DNA of 64,000 nucleotides from Bacteroidales bacterium (GCA_030690365.1 JAUYGX010000142.1:12888-76887), one strand, 5' to 3'. Positions 20,896 through 31,651 are shown, counted from the stretch's first letter. The notes: generated by a model from the letters alone, not told the origin. Translations and numbers: made by a program.

Positions 20896-21267
20896 ATACT
20901 TACCCCTTATTTGACTCCAATCGTTAGCCTACTACCAAACTAAGATAGTTTCTTTTGTACCGCTAATTACATTTATTCTCGCTAATTATTACCATGTGCC
21001 TTTGTGGTCAAAATCCATTGTTAAGAATTATTCTTCAATTAAAACAATTTTCCAAGAAGGACGATTGTTATCTTTGTGGGATAGATCGACCAAAAATGAA
21101 AAAACAGTTTACCATTATTAATGAATTTGGTGATTGGCATCCCATTCTGAAGACACTACTGTTTGCTGTAACAAACATGCAAATGACGGCTCAAGCATTA
21201 AAAGATGGTTTCGATACGGATGTTCCGGCAGTGAATTACCATGCCTTAGATCGGTATTAAACTAACT

Positions 21268-22047
21268 TTGATGATTAAGACATACCAGACATATTTCCGC
21301 TTCTTGAATACCGATATTGGTTTACTCGGATTATGGCTGGTTATAACGTTAATTATGCCAATGGAAATTCTATCACAAAACAAAGAAAATAGTCATGAGC
21401 TATTATCCGTTATTGACTCAACAAGGAAAATATATGGATTAAGTGACATACTTGTTAATGGTGCCGTATACTTTCAGGAAAACCCTAAAGCAAGCGGAAG
21501 TCCGTTTTTATTCTCCCCTGATTATACCAAAGGGGCAGTGTTTATTGGTGGACATTGCTTTGATAATTGCGATTTAAATTACGACATTGTATCAAAACAA
21601 TTGATTCTGCTTTCTACTATGCCCACTGGAGCCCGGTTGCCCATTTGCCTTGATAACATGTTGGTTGATTCTTTTTTGCTTTATGATTACTTGTTCATAA
21701 ACACCAACAAATTACATGTCGACCTTAACACCACCTATGTACTGGCATTAAGTCATGGAAATAATCAATTGGTTTTAGCTTACTCGAAACAATTCATTCA
21801 TCAATACAATCAAAATATTCCTTTTGGCAAGTTTAGTCATGACACACGTACATTATACTATCTAACTAATCATAAAGCTGTTCGGATCAAGTCAAAGAAA
21901 TATTTTCAAAAACTCTTTCCGAATATCAAGAAGGAACTCACTCAATATATCAGTAAAAAGCACTTAAAGATTAAGAAGGCATCACCTGAACAATTGCACA
22001 GGTTGATGGAATTTTGTCATTTTCAAATGAATCTCCAGAATGATTAG
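21268..22047 (+). CDS. Hypothetical membrane-anchored protein, first gene of the TonB-receptor cluster
   Basis: 259 aa with an N-terminal hydrophobic anchor (IGLLGLWLVITLIMPMEIL). It overlaps the next gene by 8 nt. I recognise no family. Confidence 0.5.
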   Translation: MMIKTYQTYFRFLNTDIGLLGLWLVITLIMPMEILSQNKENSHELLSVIDSTRKIYGLSDILVNGAVYFQENPKASGSPFLFSPDYTKGAVFIGGHCFDNCDLNYDIVSKQLILLSTMPTGARLPICLDNMLVDSFLLYDYLFINTNKLHVDLNTTYVLALSHGNNQLVLAYSKQFIHQYNQNIPFGKFSHDTRTLYYLTNHKAVRIKSKKYFQKLFPNIKKELTQYISKKHLKIKKASPEQLHRLMEFCHFQMNLQND

Positions 22048-24823
22048 ATCCAGGCTCCTCATCAGTTTTTCGTTGGTATGGATAATGATCAATGTCACAG
22101 TAATATTTGGACAGGAGATAAATCCCACAATTCCCTTGAGTCTTAACAAAATGGAATGGAATGACTTTAAAAAGCAATCTGAAAGTCGCTTTGACATACG
22201 CTATTACATTCAAAATGATAGCCTTAAAAACATACAAATTCTAATTGATTCGGATAGTATGACTTTAACGAATGTGCTCAAATCTAATCTTGAACCCCTT
22301 GGTTATAAAGTGGCTGCAGATGGAGACGGCTCTTTTTTCATTACCAAAAGAGTGGGCATTAAAACCCAATTACCTTTGGGCTTTTTTAAGCAAGCTGAGG
22401 CCTCCACTCGATTGAAACAACAGGTAAATCACCGAAACAATGATGGCAATTTATCTACAAGCAATGTCTATATTTCCAAAACCATTGTTATTGGCGAAAA
22501 GCGACAATCAACTGAAAGTACGTGCAGCCTAAGCGGACAAGTCATGGGTTCGAGTGATGGACATCCCATAGTTGGAGGTACCATTTATATCGTAGAATTT
22601 GAAAAGGGAACTACCACTGATGAAAAGGGAAATTATCTCTTGAATCTAAAACCAGGTAAATTCACCCTGGTATTTAATAGTTTGGAAAGCATAGAACGCA
22701 CTGTAAAAATCGATTTACGATCATCAGGAATACTTAACATCAATTTAGATCAAAATCTTTACCTTTTGCAGGAGGTCGAGATTAAGTCTTCGCAAAACGA
22801 TAATGTTCATGGTACGCAGAGGGGATTTGAAAAGCTTACAGGTAAGATGATCAAAGAAATTCCGGTGGTGCTTGGAGAACAAGACATCATCAAGGTAGCA
22901 ATGTTGCTACCAGGCGTGACTTCCATCGGCGAAGGTGCTGCGGGCTATAATGTTCGTGGAAGTCCTACCGACCAAAATCTTTTCTACATTGAAGGTACAC
23001 CTGTTTACAACACTTCTCATTTGTTTGGATTTTTCTCTGCATTCAATCCCGATATCATCGATAATTTTACCCTTTATAAAGGAAGTATTCCTGCCCGTTT
23101 CGGCGGGAGGTTGAGCTCAATTTTTGATGTGGGTACCAAGACTGGCAACATGGAACATTTTTCGGCCAGAGGAGGAATTAGTCCGATTACGGCGAGATTT
23201 ATGATCGAAGGGCCAATTGCAAAGAAAAAAGTAAGCTATATTGCGGGCATCAGAACTACTTATTCTAATTGGGTGTTGAATCTGGTGAAGGATCCTGAAA
23301 TTCGCAACTCAAAAGTATATTTTGGCGATGCCATCCTTGGGTTTGATGCCCAAATTGATCAAAACAACAAAATGAAGCTTTTTGGTTACAGCAGTGAAGA
23401 CCGCATCAAACTCTCCAACAGCACTAAATACCAATTTAAAAACCTTGGAGCTACCCTCAACTGGTTCCATGGTTTTAATAGTAAACATGACCTTAACATT
23501 ACATTTATCTATTCTGATTATCAGTTTACTGAAGATAATTCTGAATTAGAAATTGCAGCATACAGACAAAATTACAGGCTCAATCACAATCAGGTGAATG
23601 TGGAACTTAACTTACGGCCCTCCGAAAAGCATACCCTTACCACCGGAATTTCGGGTATTCTTTATTTGCTCGACCGAGGAAAGCACTTACCCTTGAATGA
23701 TGCTTCAACAGAAGTTCCTATTAACTTTGGACAAGAAAAGGCAATTGAATCGGCTGTTTTTCTTAGCGATGAATGGAAAATATCACCGCTGATAACCATA
23801 ATGGGCGGGTTACGCTACAATTTATATTCCTATCTTGGTTCACAAAATGTATATAAATATCAACCAAACAGCCCGCTTTCTTCCAAAACCATCACCGATA
23901 CATTATATTTTGGCAATAATGTACCCATCAAAACCTATGGAGGATTGGATTATAGACTATCAGCCATATTTGTGCTCAATCCGAATCTGTCTATAAAGGG
24001 GGGATACAACCGCTTGCATCAATACATTTTCATGTTAAGCAACACAGTCGCACTTTCTCCGACTGACAATTGGAAATTAGCCGATTATAATATAAAACCC
24101 ATGGTGGGGGACCAATTTTCGGCTGGCGTCTACGCCAATTTTGGTAAAAATTACGAAGCTTCGATTGAGGGCTATTATAAAAACGTTAATGATCTGGTTG
24201 AGTATAAAGATGGTGCCAACCTTGTGATCAGTAAAGTGGTTGAGTGGGATATCTTGCAAGGTAATCTCGAAGCTTATGGTATCGAAATGATGATAAAAAA
24301 ACCTTTTGGCAGGCTCAACGGATGGGTTAATTACAGCTATGCCAAATCTTCCGTTCTGGTAAACGAAAAAGAAACCGGTGAAAGCATCAATTTTGGACAA
24401 CGTTATCCCTCCAACTACGACCATCCGCACACGGTAAATATCGTGGCCAACTTTAAGTCTTCCAGAAGGTTAATACTTTCTGGAAATCTAATTTACTCCA
24501 CTGGGCGTCCTATCACCTATCCCACTGCGATTTATTATCAGGATGGTCAAAAAATATTGCATTATAGTCAACGAAACGAATACCGCATTCCTGACTATTT
24601 CCGCATCGACCTGTCTGTAAAAGTTGAAGGAAACCTCTTCTCCAGAAAACTGGCTCACGGTGTTTTTATATTTTCCGTGTACAATGTAACCGGAAGAAAA
24701 AATGCTTACTCTGTCTATTTTAAGTCGGAAGATGGTCAAATTAATGGTTACAAGATGTCAATATTCGGAACGCAAATATTTTCAGTTACTTACGACTTCA
24801 AACTTGGAAATTATGCAGATTAA
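22040..24823 (+). CDS. TonB-dependent receptor with STN-like and CarboxypepD_reg-like N-terminal domains
   Basis: 927 aa. Has an STN-like segment (MTLTNVLKSNLEPLGYKVAADGDGSFFITKR), a Cna/CarboxypepD_reg-like segment (LSGQVMGSSDGHPIVGGTIYIVEFEKGTTTDEKGNYLL), a plug region (EQDIIKVAMLLPGVTS...YNVRGS) and a long beta-rich C-terminus ending in F-x-L-G-N-Y. Confidence 0.8.
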   Translation: MIRSRLLISFSLVWIMINVTVIFGQEINPTIPLSLNKMEWNDFKKQSESRFDIRYYIQNDSLKNIQILIDSDSMTLTNVLKSNLEPLGYKVAADGDGSFFITKRVGIKTQLPLGFFKQAEASTRLKQQVNHRNNDGNLSTSNVYISKTIVIGEKRQSTESTCSLSGQVMGSSDGHPIVGGTIYIVEFEKGTTTDEKGNYLLNLKPGKFTLVFNSLESIERTVKIDLRSSGILNINLDQNLYLLQEVEIKSSQNDNVHGTQRGFEKLTGKMIKEIPVVLGEQDIIKVAMLLPGVTSIGEGAAGYNVRGSPTDQNLFYIEGTPVYNTSHLFGFFSAFNPDIIDNFTLYKGSIPARFGGRLSSIFDVGTKTGNMEHFSARGGISPITARFMIEGPIAKKKVSYIAGIRTTYSNWVLNLVKDPEIRNSKVYFGDAILGFDAQIDQNNKMKLFGYSSEDRIKLSNSTKYQFKNLGATLNWFHGFNSKHDLNITFIYSDYQFTEDNSELEIAAYRQNYRLNHNQVNVELNLRPSEKHTLTTGISGILYLLDRGKHLPLNDASTEVPINFGQEKAIESAVFLSDEWKISPLITIMGGLRYNLYSYLGSQNVYKYQPNSPLSSKTITDTLYFGNNVPIKTYGGLDYRLSAIFVLNPNLSIKGGYNRLHQYIFMLSNTVALSPTDNWKLADYNIKPMVGDQFSAGVYANFGKNYEASIEGYYKNVNDLVEYKDGANLVISKVVEWDILQGNLEAYGIEMMIKKPFGRLNGWVNYSYAKSSVLVNEKETGESINFGQRYPSNYDHPHTVNIVANFKSSRRLILSGNLIYSTGRPITYPTAIYYQDGQKILHYSQRNEYRIPDYFRIDLSVKVEGNLFSRKLAHGVFIFSVYNVTGRKNAYSVYFKSEDGQINGYKMSIFGTQIFSVTYDFKLGNYAD

Positions 24824-25964
24824 GAAACTCCCTCTCATCCTGCTGATGTTATGGGTTACAACATCATGCATTGATAAATACCGGCCCGACATTGATAAGT
24901 ATGAGAATTTACTTGTTGTTGACGGACTGCTGACAAATAATGATGAGCCTGTAGTGGTTAAATTATCACTTTCAAGCTCACTGAATCGAAGTGAGATAAT
25001 CCCGGTGACACGAGCTAACTTGAATCTTTCCAGTCAGTTCGGAGATTCATTTGTTTATTTCACAGAAACTACCCCAGGTACATACGAAATTCTTGATCAT
25101 TCCTTTAAGGGTGAAATAGGTCAATGGTACAAATTGGATATTAAATTACATGATGGCAGGCACTATGCTTCCGACCTTTGTCAGCTGGCAGCTCCGTCAC
25201 CTATCGATTCAGTTTATGGAGTGAACGAATCACAAGAAATTTCAGGTTATAACCACAACTTGGAGGGAGTACAGTTTTATGTGAATAATCATAGCAACCT
25301 TGCTGACACTAATTATTACCTTTGGAGATGTGTTCAGACATACAAATACAAGGCTTCATTTTCCCTGGACTACATTTGGGTTGGGTATCCCATTACAGTT
25401 GGTAATCCCGATTCGTTGAGAACTTGTTGGAGAACAAAACAGGTGGATGAAATATTTACTTATTCCACAAAAAATCTGTCGACACCCATAATAACCCATT
25501 TTCCATTAAACTATGCTTCCACTGAGACCAAAATGCTCAGTATCAGGTATAGCCTATTGGTAAACCAGTTAACCATTTCGCAATCAGCTTTTAACTTCTG
25601 GGATGCTCTTCGTCAACAAAACATTGAACAAGCTAGTCTCTATGCCCGCCAACCCATTCAAATTCGTGGAAACGTGCACAATCTGGATAATGCCGATGAA
25701 CCTGTACTGGGATATTTTACGGTAGCCGGTATTACAAAAAAGCGTATATTTTTGAACCGACCTCTCAATCTCCAATTTTATTATGACGTTTGTGTACCTG
25801 ATTTTGAAACGGTGACAAAAATTGGTGCTTCGCCCCCTATTTTCTGGCCAATCTTTATCACGGACATTCCAGGCAAAGGTTGGGCCATGGCGTCATCTGA
25901 TGTTTGTTTCGATTGTCGTCTTGAAGGTGGCTCCTTAACTCCTCCCGATTTCTGGGAAAACTAA
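24813..25964 (+). CDS. DUF4249-like lipoprotein
   Basis: The start is reassigned to the ATG at 24813, giving MQIKKLPLILLMLWVTTSCIDKY (lipobox). It overlaps the receptor stop. Size and position after a CarboxypepD_reg-type TonB receptor fit DUF4249, but the family call is from memory. Confidence 0.65.
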   Translation: MQIKKLPLILLMLWVTTSCIDKYRPDIDKYENLLVVDGLLTNNDEPVVVKLSLSSSLNRSEIIPVTRANLNLSSQFGDSFVYFTETTPGTYEILDHSFKGEIGQWYKLDIKLHDGRHYASDLCQLAAPSPIDSVYGVNESQEISGYNHNLEGVQFYVNNHSNLADTNYYLWRCVQTYKYKASFSLDYIWVGYPITVGNPDSLRTCWRTKQVDEIFTYSTKNLSTPIITHFPLNYASTETKMLSIRYSLLVNQLTISQSAFNFWDALRQQNIEQASLYARQPIQIRGNVHNLDNADEPVLGYFTVAGITKKRIFLNRPLNLQFYYDVCVPDFETVTKIGASPPIFWPIFITDIPGKGWAMASSDVCFDCRLEGGSLTPPDFWEN

Positions 25965-25974
25965 ACACTCCAAC

Positions 25975-28248
25975 ATGCCTACCTACAATACAAAATACCT
26001 GGTTCTTTTGCTTCTGTTTCTGCTTTCAACAGGAAAAAGAGGCTTTGCACAAACTACATTTCCTCCCCATCTCGAAGAAATTTCTTTGCTAACCGACCGC
26101 AATCTCTATCTTTCGGGAGAGAACATCTGGTATCACATATACTACTCCCTGCCAAGCGATCCCGACTATATTTTAAGTAAGGTATTGTATATTGAACTTT
26201 TCAACAATGAACTGGAGGTTGTGGCATCACAAAAAGTGGAAATTACCAACAACCTGATTACAGGAACAATTTTAATCCCTGAGCAGGCTGAAACGGGATA
26301 TTATTTGTTACGTGCCTACACAAAATACGATCAAAATTTCCCGGTTTGGGAAATGGAAACGTCTGTTTTGCGTATCGTTAATCCAAACCATCCCCTCATC
26401 GGTATTCCTAATCAGGAGATAGATGATCAGATCAACATGGTAGCCCGAAGTGGCTATTCATTGGAATTCTATATTGAAGAACCAGTTTCACGGGAGATTA
26501 AAAACATTGAACTTTACTCAAATGGATCCAAAGTTAACAAGGAGATTGTCTATTATCAAAATGGGTTGGGCAGAATTAATTATATACCCAATGAAGGTGA
26601 TCGGTTATTTTTGCAAATGACCCTTAATAAAGGTGATACCCTACAAAGTCGCAAATTCACCACCAAGGCTTCCTTGCTTCATGTCGAAACTCAATATAAA
26701 TCCGGTGACCTGGACCTTAACTTAAGCAAGATAAAGTACCAAGATAATAACCTTACCATTAACATTTTAAACATACATAGCGGGATTGAAACCATGCATT
26801 TTGCACAGGTGAATGAACAAAGTGCTTTTATTCGAATTCCAGGTACAATAGTCGGTAAAGGATTGTTAAAGATTTCCATTTTGGATAAGCATAAAGCCTT
26901 GATAGATGAATTTTTCTATTTCCTACCTGAATTTGAAGGCACGAATAAAAACAGCTTTTCAGACACAACTGCAACTCCCGGATCTGTTTTCACGTTTGAT
27001 CTAAAAGAAATGAGCACAAACTACTATCCACTCTCTGTTTCTTGCGTAATCCGGGGAACCACGAATTTAACTGTCAACCAATTGCCTAACTACCTCATCG
27101 ACAACCCATGGTATATTACTCATTTTATAATGGGAAAAGAACAACTCACACCTGAATTGATTGACCAAATCCAACTTGCTTTTTCGATAAAAAAAGGAGC
27201 AATTTTAAATCAAATCAAGTCAATAACGACTACATTTGTCGTGCCAGAAATCTATGGTATGAATGTGGAAGGCAAAATTCTGGATGCCAATAACCATCAA
27301 CCACTCTCCGATAAATTGGTTTATTGCGCTCTTCTGGGTGATCAGTCTCAATTTCACACTACAAAAACATCACAGGACGGGAATTTTGTCTTTACACTTA
27401 ACCACGCATTCGGCACGAAAGACATTTTTATAGGAACACCATCTACCATTGAGTCTGCCACTTCTATCCTAGTTAAAAATGGGTTCTGTCCCATTCCACC
27501 CCTTTGGAATGCCTGTTATTTTTCACCGGATACTTCTTTTGAAAAACTCATCACACAGTTATACTTTAACAAACAAGTAAATCAGTTGTTTGATATTAGT
27601 AAAACCAACATAAGTCAACGAAAAACACCTGTAAGAACTCTATTTGGAAATCCAAGCAACACCATCGTACTGACTGATTTTGTTCAACTGGCAACAACAC
27701 AGGAAGTTTTTAATGAGCTTGTTCCTTTCGTAAAAGTCCGAAAAAAAGAGGGCCATTATAAACTGATTGTTTTGGACGAGACTTTGAAAATCGAATACGA
27801 TGATCCTTTGGTATTAGTAGATCAGGTTCCTTATGATCACATTGATGAGATTCTAAAACTACAACCTACAGAAATAGAAAAAATTGAGGTTATAAGTCGT
27901 GTTTATGTCTATGGAAGTCAAATATTTAATGGTATAATCATGATCACTACCAGTGAAGGGAATCTTGGAGGTTTGCCTCTGGATCCAAGTGGCATTTTTG
28001 CCGAATACAAAACATTTGAAAAAGAAAGTAGTTTTGCATCCTTTAATAATGAGGTCGATAATTCCAATCTCCCTGACTTTGCCAATACATGTTATTGGAA
28101 TATCATACAAGAGTCAGATTCATTGCCTATCCAAATAAAAATGCCTCAATCGATAGCAAATTATAATGTCATGGTCACCAGCATAAAAAAACCAGTCCGC
28201 GCAATGAAGCATCAAACGATACAAATTAAAAAGACATTAGAAAAGTAG
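25975..28248 (+). CDS. Large secreted protein with MG2-like, CarboxypepD_reg-like and plug-like segments but no barrel
   Basis: 757 aa with a signal peptide. TDRNLYLSGENIWYHIYY resembles the macroglobulin MG2 motif. VEGKILDANNHQPLSDKLVYCALLG...DGNFVF is CarboxypepD_reg-like. The C-terminal IEKIEVISRVYVYGSQIFNGIIMITTSEG is plug-like. Confidence 0.6.
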   Translation: MPTYNTKYLVLLLLFLLSTGKRGFAQTTFPPHLEEISLLTDRNLYLSGENIWYHIYYSLPSDPDYILSKVLYIELFNNELEVVASQKVEITNNLITGTILIPEQAETGYYLLRAYTKYDQNFPVWEMETSVLRIVNPNHPLIGIPNQEIDDQINMVARSGYSLEFYIEEPVSREIKNIELYSNGSKVNKEIVYYQNGLGRINYIPNEGDRLFLQMTLNKGDTLQSRKFTTKASLLHVETQYKSGDLDLNLSKIKYQDNNLTINILNIHSGIETMHFAQVNEQSAFIRIPGTIVGKGLLKISILDKHKALIDEFFYFLPEFEGTNKNSFSDTTATPGSVFTFDLKEMSTNYYPLSVSCVIRGTTNLTVNQLPNYLIDNPWYITHFIMGKEQLTPELIDQIQLAFSIKKGAILNQIKSITTTFVVPEIYGMNVEGKILDANNHQPLSDKLVYCALLGDQSQFHTTKTSQDGNFVFTLNHAFGTKDIFIGTPSTIESATSILVKNGFCPIPPLWNACYFSPDTSFEKLITQLYFNKQVNQLFDISKTNISQRKTPVRTLFGNPSNTIVLTDFVQLATTQEVFNELVPFVKVRKKEGHYKLIVLDETLKIEYDDPLVLVDQVPYDHIDEILKLQPTEIEKIEVISRVYVYGSQIFNGIIMITTSEGNLGGLPLDPSGIFAEYKTFEKESSFASFNNEVDNSNLPDFANTCYWNIIQESDSLPIQIKMPQSIANYNVMVTSIKKPVRAMKHQTIQIKKTLEK

Positions 28249-28812
28249 TTATCTTTTAGTTGCCAGCAACATAAACTGCTATACTATTGAATTTTTTACC
28301 GTTGAAAAAATAAAGCTGTCCTAATCGAACAGCCTTTTTTAATTACTGTGTTTTAGTTTGATCATGCAAGTTTAGAATCAAGCTAAATAGCTGGGTGAAA
28401 CCTCATTATTTGCCAGCTCTAATATTACTTCAAACCGAGGGTTGTCAACAATTTTGGGCGCTATTATTTAACAATACTAGGGCTCATTTACATGCTAGAG
28501 CAATAGGTATGAATTTCGACGACTTCGTGAATAAATCTATCGCATTGAAAAGCATTCAATCCTCAGCGTTTTAGCATTTCACTACATAGGAAATTAACCA
28601 AACTCAAGAAAGCGGCAAGCCGGTAAACGGGTCCGCTGCTTCTTCCATTCTTCCGACATTGGCCAACTCGAAAAAGTGTCTGGTGGGTTTGAAATTCAAC
28701 CATCTACAGATATTTCTTTGTTTGATGACGCTGTGTAAAACATGTCTCAATTGGCGATCTAAGTCACAAACTTTAAAGCCGATCATTCTTTTAAGAATCG
28801 ACTATCAATACA

Positions 28813-28839
28813 AGAGGGGTCCCTGAATGGCACCCCTCT
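28813..28839 (-). terminator. Hairpin downstream of the T9SS cargo gene (possible terminator)
   Basis: agaggggt / acccctct forms an 8-bp stem with an 11-nt loop, 29 nt past the stop at 28868. The U-tract is weak. Confidence 0.4.
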
Positions 28840-28867
28840 GTATGATTTAAGATTAGATTTTACCTCA

Positions 28868-30235
28868 TTATTGTTTGACAATCTTGAAATATTTAACAGT
28901 GTTTGATTCAGGATTGTTTAAAACCAAAATGTAAAGACCGTTTGACTGACTGGCAATATTGATTTTGATATCGGTCAGTTTGCCTTCATAAACCACTTTC
29001 CCGTCTAAGGATTTTAAACTAAATGTTTTGTACTTATTTAACGCATCCTCAGGCAATATAATATTCTCACACACGGGATTAGGATATGGTAAAAAATCTG
29101 TACGTGATGAATTAATATCAGTTACTTGAATTTGCTTAGAATCCTTTAATAATGTATTATCCTGATCATTGGTTCCTTGCATATTAAGCGGATGACCTCC
29201 AGCATCCGTATTTCTTGTAAAGAAAAAAGCAATTGCCTGATCGTTGGAACCATCAGTGGCTACTAATTTTAAATATAAATCAAAATTTTCTGGCAAATTG
29301 AGTGTATGGCTGTCAGTTTCGCTTGAAGTGTTTAATGTGGTAGCCCAGGTATAATTGTAATTAACCCCATCGTAGGAATAATACCAGTGATAATTATAAT
29401 TTGGTTCACCATTGCTTAATGTAGCCACCCAGGTATAAGTTCCGGAATTATTACCAGAAGAAGGACCCGATATAACCGCTTCAAAGGGTGATGGCGGTAT
29501 AGGATTAACAAATATGTAACCGTATTTAAACACTTGTCCGCATTCATTTTCTGCAATGACCATTATACTTTTCTGCCCTGAACTAGTAGGAGTATAGGTT
29601 ACGGTAGTTTCTGGACCCTGGTGAAAAGTAGTATTATTGGCTTTCCATATATAGTTTTGTGCGCCCTCGGTCGGATTCGTAGAACAGGTTATTGGTGTTC
29701 CTACATAAGGATGGGAATTGGAGAAATTAAGCGTTGTGAGTTCCACAGGAGGGCCAATGAAAATGTGCTTATCTGCATTTCTATGTGCACCCATGGGAAT
29801 TACCTGGTAAAATTCCACATAAGCATGAATTTTCCCCATGCCATTTTCGTCGTCCCAGTTGATTCTAAACGTGTGTGTTGGATTATTTTGATTAGTACTC
29901 CACTTGTCGCCAGTATGAGTCCAGCCGGTACTTGGATTCACTCCATCAATTAAGAGAACAGTGCCATCTGTTACCGTAACGTCGAACTTTTGAACCGTAA
30001 CATTAGAACCTGATATATGAATTGTGTAGTCATAAGTGTTGTTATAAGGAGGTTGATTATAACAACAATCAGTTTCACCGGTAATTGTAAGCGAAGGACT
30101 TGCAGGTTGAGCATTGTTCAGAGACTCTTTGGTCTGTCGATTATTCCCTTCTGAATTGGGAACGTTGGTGTTATTTTGGGCAAAATTTGTAAGCCCTAAA
30201 AGTAACAAGCATAAAAGAATAATTTTTGTTTTCAT
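28868..30235 (-). CDS. Secreted protein of unknown function with T9SS C-terminal sorting domain
   Basis: 455 aa with a signal peptide (MKTKIILLCLLLLGLTNFAQ) and Ig/PKD-like beta-rich repeats. The C-terminus is PYPNPVCENIILPE...NGLYILVLNN...YFKIVKQ. Confidence 0.7.
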   Translation of the reverse strand: MKTKIILLCLLLLGLTNFAQNNTNVPNSEGNNRQTKESLNNAQPASPSLTITGETDCCYNQPPYNNTYDYTIHISGSNVTVQKFDVTVTDGTVLLIDGVNPSTGWTHTGDKWSTNQNNPTHTFRINWDDENGMGKIHAYVEFYQVIPMGAHRNADKHIFIGPPVELTTLNFSNSHPYVGTPITCSTNPTEGAQNYIWKANNTTFHQGPETTVTYTPTSSGQKSIMVIAENECGQVFKYGYIFVNPIPPSPFEAVISGPSSGNNSGTYTWVATLSNGEPNYNYHWYYSYDGVNYNYTWATTLNTSSETDSHTLNLPENFDLYLKLVATDGSNDQAIAFFFTRNTDAGGHPLNMQGTNDQDNTLLKDSKQIQVTDINSSRTDFLPYPNPVCENIILPEDALNKYKTFSLKSLDGKVVYEGKLTDIKINIASQSNGLYILVLNNPESNTVKYFKIVKQ

Positions 30236-30259
30236 AGTGCATTTTTTTAATTTAAATAA

Positions 30260-31408
30260 TTATAATATTCCAATTGGTAGTACAAACATAAAAATATTTT
30301 CGTAATGGACATAACTAACGCTTTTCAATTGTAGAATTTTCACTGTCAATACGAAAGTTTCCAATAACAGGTAAACGATCAGGGAAACAAAGATTTGGGA
30401 TTTTACGGCATTCTCGCTTGTCCCCACAAAGGTTTTGATTTGGAGGTTCTGCTTCATCAAATTAAAAAATATTTCGATATCCCAGCGTTTTTTATATAGG
30501 TCGGCTACTGTGATTGCCTGCCAATCTATTTTATTGGTAATAAGGTGAATTACCTTGTTTTCATCTTCCTTATAAACAGTTACTAACCTGAATATAGCAT
30601 CTTCAATCCCTGACTTTTTTGCATCTTTGCTTGTGAATTTTATCAACTCGTCCTTCAAAACATTTTGATCCCTGTCATCAGGCAATTCTAATTCCTCAAC
30701 ACTTTCGTATAGTATGTTGCTTTTGAGACGTGTCACAAAAATATTTTTGGCATCATTACCGCTTTTAAATAACTCAAAATCAAAGTAAGCCCTATCCTCC
30801 ACTAGAATAGTGCCTTTCGGGAATATTTGACTGATCAACCCTTTGCTATCATGCACCTTGGCATCAGTTATATTGATATAATCCGGTAGTCCCAAGGTGT
30901 CGTCCCAAACGGTATGGATTCTTAACCCGCCCTTAGCTGTTCGGAACTTAGCCCAGTCAAAGAGGTTCAAACACAAGCTCACAGTGGAGCTGTCAATAAG
31001 TAATAGTTTCATCTTTGACCTCATCAATCACAGCCCTGTCCCGCTTATCTGTCAAGGTGGGCCTACAATGCTCAATCAGCTGATAATAAATATCTTAGAA
31101 AACACGGTAATCCCGTTTTTTGTTGCCATCGCTCGTCATTGATTTGACTGGGGTCTGCTTTAATCCCAAATCAAGTATAAAGGTACTGCTGATTGATAAT
31201 CCGCAACTTATATCAGAAAGTGTATAGCACTTCCTAGCTGTCCGAAACTTAATGCCACCAATTGGTCGTAGATCTTTTATTTATGATACCCTTTGTCAGT
31301 TTGGAATTTACTAACCGATCTGCAAAGTATACGCGTTGGGATTAAATCTAAACCCTGACGAAGTATCGGTTTTTTGTTATTTTTGCTATATCAGTGTAAT
31401 TTCATCAT
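30260..31408 (-). mobile_element. Decayed IS4-family (DDE) insertion sequence; transposase pseudogene
   Basis: The 255-aa ORF carries an IS4-like catalytic core (LLLIDSSTVSL, LRIHTVWD, VEDRAYFDFELF, YKKRWDIEIFFNLMKQNLQIK). The N-terminal DUF4372-like part is readable upstream (MMKLH*YSKNNKKPILRQGLDLIPTRILCRSVSKFQTDKGYHK*KIYDQLVALSFGQLG...). It is broken by in-frame stops at 31391-31393, 31277-31279 and 31095-31097, and by at least two frameshifts (near 31230 and 31027). Confidence 0.8.
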
Positions 31409-31651
31409 TGATGTGAGTTTTTGTCGACTACAAAATATGAGATTCTCAGGCATTTTCGTTTTTTAAAGTTTCGGTTAGTAGTGCAAATAAATATACAAGA
31501 TTATTATACAAAATCACAATAAAATTTATTACACCTCATCAATCCTATAACAAAATTATAACTTCCTTCATTGCACGGATACTCAATATTTGTAACGCAT
31601 TCTGAATCCTTCAAAACACTTGTTATTTACTTTGTTTTAAAATAAATCTAA

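Noticed and set aside
20994-21260. 88-aa ORF upstream of the TonB receptor cluster
   Set aside because: I recognise no family, signal or TM segment, and an internal ATG (MKKQF...) is as plausible as the first. It could be a real small protein, but I cannot support it from sequence alone.
24702-24812. 5' extension of the DUF4249-like ORF into the TonB receptor gene
   Set aside because: The first 37 codons overlap the receptor's C-terminal barrel strands and carry no signal sequence. The ATG at 24813 gives a textbook lipoprotein signal (LMLWVTTSC).
28604-28786. 60-aa ORF in the 619-bp spacer after the 757-aa gene; possibly a transposase or integrase fragment
   Set aside because: I could not match RWLNFKPTRHFFELANVGRMEE to any family with confidence. 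It has no flanking repeats and no extension in neighbouring frames.
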